Shown: in pieces, positions 38,257 through 43,719 of the stretch
How positions within the stretch are numbered: position 1 is the first letter of the stretch
How the letters are laid out: each line of letters begins with the position of its first letter
IMG/VR virus record: IMGVR_UViG_3300030382_003089
Location: 1 to 43,719 of that record
Length of the DNA stretch: 43,719 nt
Source of the DNA: a virus
Taxonomy: Duplodnaviria; Caudoviricetes
Direction: 5' to 3' (one strand)
Translations under genes and position numbers: made by a program
The notes under the pieces: model-generated
Told to the model about the DNA's origin: nothing
Seen by the model: only the letters and a program-made list of their open reading frames with translations
Database searches by the model: none

Positions 38257-38286
38257 ATCAATTAAGCGTGTTCCCCGAGGGATAAG

Positions 38287-38356
38287 CGAAGAGAGGGGGA
38301 TTCGAACACTCGATACGGAAAAACCGCATAAACGCTTTCCAAGCGTGACTCTCTCC
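38287..38356 (-). pseudogene. Degenerate tRNA-Ser(GGA)-like sequence lacking the D arm (possible attP core)
   Basis: Acceptor GGAGAGA/TCTCTTC-G, anticodon arm CACGC-TTGGAAA-GCGTT, long variable arm ATGCGG/CCGTAT, GTTCGAATC T loop. No D arm, two T-stem mismatches, no CCA. Confidence 0.8.
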
Positions 38357-38383
38357 GAGGATAAACACCGTGGAAATTATCAA

Positions 38384-38405
38384 TAGTAGTACGATAGTAG
38401 TACTT
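38384..38405. repeat. Two more TAGTAGTACNN repeats
   Basis: tagtagtacga tagtagtactt. Confidence 0.9.
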
Positions 38406-38433
38406 TTTTTATAATTGGTGCTGCTAAAAGTTA

Positions 38434-38464
38434 GGGCGGGTGGAGAACAGCAAAAAACCCGCCC
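38434..38464 (-). terminator. GC hairpin after the endolysin gene
   Basis: gggcgggt/acccgccc 8-bp stem with a 15-nt loop, just after the last late gene. The U tract is weak. Confidence 0.5.
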
Positions 38465-38475
38465 CATCGGGTACC

Positions 38476-38961
38476 CTAAAGATATTTGCTTACTTGCTCC
38501 ACATATTCTGAAACTTCTCCAGCCCCTTCTTCTGTATTGTACCATTTTTTCCAATATTTAGCCTGGAGTGATATGCTATCAGGCAGTGGGGCAGGGGCGC
38601 GCCAATACTTAATTCTACAATGCACTATTGCTGCGTACACATTTCCTTCAAGCATTTGGGACCAAGTTAAGACTGAAGGCTTGGTCCAGTACCTTTTTGG
38701 AATAAAAGTAGCGTGAACACACCTTTCTGCAAGCCCTGGTCTAAATGATATAAAGGACTTACAGTTGTCTATTGCAGAGTCCACTTCAATTTGCCAGAAC
38801 GAAATTGCTGGGCCATCACCAATCTGTTTCCAATACTTATACCTGGATTCAATAATACCAGTGCCTAAGATTAGGTCCACTGCTGCATCACTAGCATACT
38901 TGTCTCCAAGTTTACTTAGTGTGCGTTTTATTAAATCCCTCGTTTGGGGAATATTGATCAT
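38476..38961 (-). CDS. Putative endolysin (lysozyme/transglycosylase-like, 161 aa)
   Basis: LILGT..IES (catalytic Glu candidate), GPA..FWQIE, YWKKWYNT..GAG. Follows holin-like genes. Confidence 0.7.
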   Translation of the reverse strand: MINIPQTRDLIKRTLSKLGDKYASDAAVDLILGTGIIESRYKYWKQIGDGPAISFWQIEVDSAIDNCKSFISFRPGLAERCVHATFIPKRYWTKPSVLTWSQMLEGNVYAAIVHCRIKYWRAPAPLPDSISLQAKYWKKWYNTEEGAGEVSEYVEQVSKYL

Positions 38962-39185
38962 TTGCCTTTAAATATGCCAGCGATCAGATCAGTTATTACA
39001 TCAACAACCTGCTTGAATAGTTTCTGCTCATCGGCTTCCGAAACAAAAGGAATGTTTACTTTAGCATTAATTGCTGAAGCAATTTGGTTTTCCATCTCTT
39101 CCGAATTAAGTGCAGACATCATATCATCTTTGACTTTATCGGCCTGGGCTTCTGCAGCCGCGACTAACATTGCTTTAATATCCAT
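38958..39185 (-). CDS. Hypothetical protein in the lysis module (75 aa)
   Basis: AGGAG RBS, VNIPFVSEADE motif, ATGA coupling to the endolysin gene. Confidence 0.7.
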   Translation of the reverse strand: MDIKAMLVAAAEAQADKVKDDMMSALNSEEMENQIASAINAKVNIPFVSEADEQKLFKQVVDVITDLIAGIFKGK

Positions 39186-39206
39186 CTTAGTTCTCCTAGT
39201 TAGGGG

Positions 39207-39527
39207 TTAATGCCTCCCATTAATTCTTGATACCGAACCCTTCACTTCCATCATAACATCACTTAAATCATTTAATTCTTGTACAATTTGCTCTCTATGT
39301 CTGGTAGAGTTGTCATCTACCTTGTTCCACCGATCTAACATCTTCAATAGTATCGATTGCATGTTGTCAATTTTTGTCTCACACTTAGCGAGGTGCTGCC
39401 TTATGTCATCTATATCTTCTGTTTGATCCCTCTGGCTTGATATCAGGTTTACAATTAGGTATAAGAATACGACACAAATGACACCTGCGGCACCAAGCTG
39501 CCCATACAACTCAATATATTCAGCCAT
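39207..39527 (-). CDS. Holin-like membrane protein (106 aa)
   Basis: N-terminal TM (LGAAGVICVVFLYLIVNLI) plus coiled coil, upstream of the endolysin gene. Confidence 0.6.
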   Translation of the reverse strand: MAEYIELYGQLGAAGVICVVFLYLIVNLISSQRDQTEDIDDIRQHLAKCETKIDNMQSILLKMLDRWNKVDDNSTRHREQIVQELNDLSDVMMEVKGSVSRINGRH

Positions 39528-39609
39528 TCGTCATTCCTATGTAATACCCAACGCACCACAATACGCTTGCGCTGCCTAGCAATATCCATCCTAAGTCAAC
39601 ACAGATCAT
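39520..39609 (-). CDS. Possible tiny membrane peptide (29 aa)
   Basis: MICVDLGWILLGSASVLWCVGYYIGMTNG. ATGA-coupled to the upstream peptide and overlaps the holin-like start. Confidence 0.45.
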   Translation of the reverse strand: MICVDLGWILLGSASVLWCVGYYIGMTNG

Positions 39610-39680
39610 TTCTTCTTTTTCTTCTTTTTTATTCTTTTCTTAACAGCTTTTAAATAAGCTGATGGATTACCATAAGGCAT
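39606..39680 (-). CDS. Tiny lysine-rich peptide (24 aa)
   Basis: MPYGNPSAYLKAVKKRIKKKKKKK. GGAG RBS, TAATG overlap. Confidence 0.55.
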   Translation of the reverse strand: MPYGNPSAYLKAVKKRIKKKKKKK

Positions 39681-39919
39681 TACAACACTCCCATCTTTTT
39701 TAACACTCCAGCAGCAGCAGTAAAAATACCAACAAAATAAGTCGAAGCCTTCGCCCAGGTCTTGGCAGTATGAACATCCTTTTCCAGAGATTCAATCCTG
39801 TCGCGATCTTTCTTAAGGTCCTCGACATCATGCCTTAGAAGGTGAACCTCAGTCCACATCTTGGACCTGTATTCTTTCACCTTCTGGGGCATATCGGGAA
39901 TTTTTAGACCATTAGGCAC
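39680..39919 (-). CDS. Coiled-coil protein with C-terminal TM (likely GTG start at 39919)
   Basis: AAGGGAG upstream of the GTG. The ORF-track start at 39970 overlaps a better upstream gene. Confidence 0.6.
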   Translation of the reverse strand: MPNGLKIPDMPQKVKEYRSKMWTEVHLLRHDVEDLKKDRDRIESLEKDVHTAKTWAKASTYFVGIFTAAAGVLKKMGVL

Positions 39920-40088
39920 TGGCTCCCTTTTTCTCATCTTTAGCTGGTTTTTTACCTTTCGACTCTTCAAGCATTTGATCTACAACAGTAATTGCACCAG
40001 CGATCTGATGAAATGTTGCCTCAGCTTGCTTTTGCTGTTCTACCAACTGATCTCTTTTTTCTTTCAACTGTTCTGTACTTTGCGACAT
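39912..40088 (-). CDS. Small coiled-coil protein, possible fibre-assembly chaperone (58 aa; below cutoff)
   Basis: AGGAG RBS. MSQSTEQLKEKRDQLVEQQKQAEATFHQIAGAITVVDQML... Confidence 0.7.
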   Translation of the reverse strand: MSQSTEQLKEKRDQLVEQQKQAEATFHQIAGAITVVDQMLEESKGKKPAKDEKKGASA

Positions 40089-40110
40089 TCTATTCTCCTA
40101 TTGTTATTGA

Positions 40111-40338
40111 TTACGCTTCTACAGCGGATTTGACTTTAGCCATCTCAGCAACGATCTCTGCAATGCGGTCTTCACATTGTTTCTTCTGTGCTTCTTGAGA
40201 GGCTTTCTGACTTTCCAAGGAAGCATAACTAATCATGCTCTTCTGCTTGGCTGGCTGGTGTTCTTTCTCTACCTGTACCTGTTTCCAATCAGGTGCTGGT
40301 GAGGATTCAACAGCTTTTTTTGTGTATTTATCGGCCAT
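40111..40338 (-). CDS. Small coiled-coil protein downstream of the fibre gene (75 aa)
   Basis: AGGAG RBS, heptad pattern. Confidence 0.7.
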   Translation of the reverse strand: MADKYTKKAVESSPAPDWKQVQVEKEHQPAKQKSMISYASLESQKASQEAQKKQCEDRIAEIVAEMAKVKSAVEA

Positions 40339-40375
40339 GATTTCTCCTATTGTTTATTGTTAATTAAATTTTTCA

Positions 40376-43300
40376 TTATGCGTTCTCCAGTGCTTCTATT
40401 CTCTGCATAGCTTCTTGCAATGCTTTTATTGCCTTCATATACAAAATTGAATATTTCAGAACTTTCATTGTCATATCCTCACCATCCTCATCCTTCTTTA
40501 CAACCCATTCTCCATCTTCATTTTGCTCACCAAATCCACACTGTTCTAGTTCATATTGAGTAGGGGGAACTTCTTTGATTAAAGAAGGTGAAACTAATTC
40601 TACTTCTTGTGCTATTGCTCCTAAAAATGTTTCTGCATCTTCACCATACGCTGCAACAGCACTCTTGTATTTGAAATTTCTAACTCTAATATTTTTAATA
40701 TCATCCCATTGAGAATTAGCATCTTCAATATTGGTTTTTATTCTTTCATCTGAAAATGCACCATAACTGTTAGTTCTACTATTTACATCACCATTATTAC
40801 GAACTATAAATTTCCCTTCGGTAGAATCTGCATTATAAAAACTCCACCCTTGATTATTTGGTGATGCCTGACGATAATGTATAAACAAACCTTCAGGGGT
40901 AGAACCTCCGCTATAATCAGAATTAAATCTTATCATGCCAGAACCACTCACAGCATCATTAAATACTTCTAATGCTGTTGCTGCGTTCTCTGGTGGGCCA
41001 CCAATGCCAATAACACCATTCTTATCAATCTTCATTGCCAAATGGTCAGAAAATTCTGCTATGAATAATGGCGAACCAGAGGCATGACCTACTGTACCTC
41101 GATTGCCTCCATTTTTAACATGAAGTATTCCATCTGCCGTGGTATAGTTATCGCCTAACATAGCCAAACACATTCCACCTCCGCTTGGCGTTGTTCCTCC
41201 AGAATTAGATGCAGCGAAATTCCATCCTGACCTTTCTCCAGCATTCCCTACAGATGAACCTTCTGCGGAAGAAACTTTCCCAGCAAATGTGGCGTTTTGG
41301 GAAGAATCGAGTAATAATGCTTGAGTTAAAGTCTTAGAGGCATTAGCTGTATAAAACCTCATTTCACCTCGACCTGCTGTTTCTGATGTCCAATCATGGT
41401 CAAATGTAATTTTACCGATTGTATTTCCTGCATTTGCTCCGTGGTCATACGCAGAAATCATTGCCTTACCATTACCCTGAGTATCACAAGTTATTTCAAA
41501 ATGAGAACTCCAATCAGAAGTTTGTCTCATAAGTGTAAGCGTTCTACCTCCCTGTGAACCTTGGTCAACACTTGTAGTCCCAACAGCCATTTCTGCTTCT
41601 GTATATATATCCCCAGCAAATGTGGCGTTATGATTATGGTCAAGAGTTAAAGCAAGTTGATTACCATTAGTATCTGAATCAGTTCCTGAACCTGGAGATT
41701 TTGTATAGAATTTCATATCCCCACCACCATCAACATTACTATAGTTATTAGATATGTATGAAGTAACCTTTATATATCCTATCGCTTTAGCATCTTGGTT
41801 AGTAGCAACTGAACTATAATTTTTATTATCAACAAATTGAATTTGCGCTATGTCATCTCCGCTTGCAGTACCATGACCTACAATTTCTAATACAGAGGAT
41901 AAACCTTGATGATTTTTAAATGAGTGGTATGATTGACCAGTACCTAAATCTCCAGTCCAAAAAGCACTACTTGAAGTAGTTCCTGCAGATATACTCCCAG
42001 AAAATGTCCCATAACCAGCCGTAATACCTCCAGAAAATACAGCGTTTTGGTTGAGTTTTAGCGATTCGACTACAGTAGAGGGAGCAGTATATGTATATAA
42101 AATTAAATCTCCTCCAACACCAGCATTATAATGAGTGTACTCAGACCTTATTCCTGCTATTCTTTGATTACTCCCCTGTGCAATATTGTTCATAAACTGA
42201 ATTTCAAATCCGCTTCCATAAGCTGCACCATATTTATTAATCAATCTTAATGCTGCATCTGTGTTTGAGCCAGTAGTTGTTTGGTTTTCATCACCTACAA
42301 TAGTCATTCTAGCAGTTGCAGTTCCCCCATCAGAACCTATAAATGCATCACCTAGAGTTACAAAATTAGTATTTGTTTTTAGATCACCAGCAAATGTAGC
42401 GTTTTTACTTGAATCTATGGTTAAAGCATCTTCACCATCCGATACTTCAAGAACAAGACTATCTGTTGCCCCAACACTATTTATTCTCATTTGACTATTC
42501 GCATCATCTGCATGAAAGTCTAAACCTGTATCACCAGCGCCTCGGAATGCCGCAACATGAATATTTGTACTTGTTTGGTCTACATAAAGTAAATAATTTG
42601 AATTCCCTTCAATATGCAACTGATGATTCGGGTTTGATTTATTAATACCAACATGACCCCCAGTTTCAATCCACATACGACCTGTACCACCAGCAAATAA
42701 ACATAAAGTGTGAGCAGACTTTGTCCCAAACCCATCATTGCCTGAAGTGGCTATATAACTTGCTACTTCTCTTGTTCCATCTGAATGAAGGAATCCATAA
42801 TTGTTAGCTATGGTACTTTTTACTTGTCCAGTAGATGTAATTGCTCCTGAACCTATTGTACCAGCAAATGTGGCTGATTGGTCATCCTTATCTATTGTAA
42901 CGGCAGTTGTATTATTAGTTTGAAGTATTAAATGAGCATCTGTATTAGTAGTCCCAAGTGTTAAGCCGTTGTTTCCAGATAAAAATGAATTGGCAAGAAT
43001 AGTACCTCGCAATGATGCACCATTATACAACTCAATCTTACCATTACCACCGCCACCCTTTATCTTAACATTGGGATGTCCACTGCCATCATAAGCCTCA
43101 AAATGGGTATTTCCATAATCTCCAGTGCTAGTGCCAGTTGCTTTAAATCCGCTAGTTGTTCCATTTTGATGAACTTGCCCAGTAAATGTGGCGTTTCCAT
43201 TACTTTCTAATTGCAGTTTGTAACCAGTAAAATTCCCATCATTGGCAGTATCAATGGTAAAATTCCCCGAACTATTTTTTAACTGCCAATCGCCATAATC

Positions 43301-43717
43301 TGTATGTGTACGAATTAACTCAATTTTACAATCGTTATTATCAGTTGATTCAATCGTAAATGTATTACTTCCTGCACTTGATAATTTTACATCACCAGAA
43401 AATTTGGATATTCCAGAAGAACCTTCACAATTAAGAATCCAATTCCCTTTACCATCCCCTATACTAAAATCTCTAAACTGTGTAGTTCCACCTTGATACC
43501 CCCTGTAATTAGCCCATCCACCAGTTACTTCATTATCGTGATATCCAAAATTCAATGTATTTGAATTACCACCGCTACTACCAAAGTATGACCCAGCATC
43601 TGAGCCTACTCTAAACTCTACTAATCCAGCAAATGTGGCTGAGCCAATTCCGCCAGCACTGTTACCAAGTAGTGTTAAATTGGTAGTAAAAGCATTATCA
43701 GTTCCTCTCTGTTGAAA
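40376..43717 (-). CDS. Long modular tail fibre, module series B and C-terminal intramolecular chaperone (peptidase S74); 5'-partial
   Basis: The frame stays open upstream of 43555 to the window edge (FQQRGTDNAF...SATFAGLVEF...). C-terminal SDERIKTNI..W..IK..FKYK..GAIAQEV...P and coiled coil. Confidence 0.92.
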   Translation of the reverse strand, partial: FQQRGTDNAFTTNLTLLGNSAGGIGSATFAGLVEFRVGSDAGSYFGSSGGNSNTLNFGYHDNEVTGGWANYRGYQGGTTQFRDFSIGDGKGNWILNCEGSSGISKFSGDVKLSSAGSNTFTIESTDNNDCKIELIRTHTDYGDWQLKNSSGNFTIDTANDGNFTGYKLQLESNGNATFTGQVHQNGTTSGFKATGTSTGDYGNTHFEAYDGSGHPNVKIKGGGGNGKIELYNGASLRGTILANSFLSGNNGLTLGTTNTDAHLILQTNNTTAVTIDKDDQSATFAGTIGSGAITSTGQVKSTIANNYGFLHSDGTREVASYIATSGNDGFGTKSAHTLCLFAGGTGRMWIETGGHVGINKSNPNHQLHIEGNSNYLLYVDQTSTNIHVAAFRGAGDTGLDFHADDANSQMRINSVGATDSLVLEVSDGEDALTIDSSKNATFAGDLKTNTNFVTLGDAFIGSDGGTATARMTIVGDENQTTTGSNTDAALRLINKYGAAYGSGFEIQFMNNIAQGSNQRIAGIRSEYTHYNAGVGGDLILYTYTAPSTVVESLKLNQNAVFSGGITAGYGTFSGSISAGTTSSSAFWTGDLGTGQSYHSFKNHQGLSSVLEIVGHGTASGDDIAQIQFVDNKNYSSVATNQDAKAIGYIKVTSYISNNYSNVDGGGDMKFYTKSPGSGTDSDTNGNQLALTLDHNHNATFAGDIYTEAEMAVGTTSVDQGSQGGRTLTLMRQTSDWSSHFEITCDTQGNGKAMISAYDHGANAGNTIGKITFDHDWTSETAGRGEMRFYTANASKTLTQALLLDSSQNATFAGKVSSAEGSSVGNAGERSGWNFAASNSGGTTPSGGGMCLAMLGDNYTTADGILHVKNGGNRGTVGHASGSPLFIAEFSDHLAMKIDKNGVIGIGGPPENAATALEVFNDAVSGSGMIRFNSDYSGGSTPEGLFIHYRQASPNNQGWSFYNADSTEGKFIVRNNGDVNSRTNSYGAFSDERIKTNIEDANSQWDDIKNIRVRNFKYKSAVAAYGEDAETFLGAIAQEVELVSPSLIKEVPPTQYELEQCGFGEQNEDGEWVVKKDEDGEDMTMKVLKYSILYMKAIKALQEAMQRIEALENA
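41280..43639 (-). repeat. Six further copies of the module-junction site
   Basis: Plus-strand starts at 41280, 41613, 42387, 42861, 43179 (one mismatch) and 43626, with a degenerate copy near 42030. Confidence 0.95.
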
Positions 43718-43719
43718 TA
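43625..43719. repeat. 95-bp exact repeat of 1188-1282
   Basis: Direct comparison. Identity stops at the junction site. Confidence 0.97.

Noticed and set aside
38287-38356. Functional canonical tRNA-Ser
   Set aside because: No D arm, two T-stem mismatches, a mismatched top anticodon-stem pair and no CCA.
38258-38554. 98-aa minus-strand ORF
   Set aside because: It overlaps the endolysin end, the hairpin, the repeats and the tRNA-like element, so it is probably spurious.
43553-43555. TTG start for the 1059-aa fibre ORF
   Set aside because: The frame is open to the window edge and joins in frame to the N-terminus that starts at 2075.
1-43719. Diversity-generating retroelement as the source of fibre variation
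   Set aside because: No reverse transcriptase ORF. The 95-bp repeat pair is identical rather than differing at adenines.
40376-43719. Classical invertible shufflon
   Set aside because: All junction sites seen are in direct orientation, and no inverted silent cassettes lie next to the gene.
43625-43719. Ordinary terminal repeat or simple circular overlap
   Set aside because: The match is to an internal position (1188-1282), not to the contig start.
1-43719. Stop-codon reassignment
   Set aside because: Genes tile densely in the standard code, and TAA, TAG and TGA all serve as stops at gene junctions.

Overview
A near-complete ~42.4 kb dsDNA tailed phage genome, AT-rich and podovirus-like (nozzle, adaptors and ejection proteins; no tape measure or tail tube gene recognised). 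Nearly all genes are on the minus strand, in this order: Xis-like HTH, peptide deformylase with a SEC-C motif, exonuclease, SSB-like protein, nuclease, replication initiator and NinG-like nuclease; then terS, a 2OG-Fe(II) oxygenase, terL, portal, scaffold, MCP, adaptors, nozzle, fibre-like proteins, ejection proteins, a 3050-aa polyvalent protein and the tail fibre genes; then chaperones, holin-like proteins and endolysin. One plus-strand cassette carries an atypical tyrosine recombinase and four small genes. The most striking feature is the long tail fibre gene, which spans both contig ends. It is built from unrelated in-frame modules separated by a 14-17 bp site, (AAC)GCCACATTTGCTGG (NATFAG), that is conserved even at synonymous positions. 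The last 95 bp of the contig match 1188-1282 exactly, and the two copies diverge precisely at this site. This gives two alternative module series behind one shared N-terminus and suggests a cassette-shuffling system for the receptor-binding protein. Other notable items are a D-armless tRNA-Ser-like core flanked by 11-bp direct repeats (attP-like), a split and duplicated nozzle C-terminal domain, QVR-delimited effector domains in the giant protein, and a GC-rich structured intergenic RNA candidate. All product calls come from motif recognition by eye; no database searches were run.
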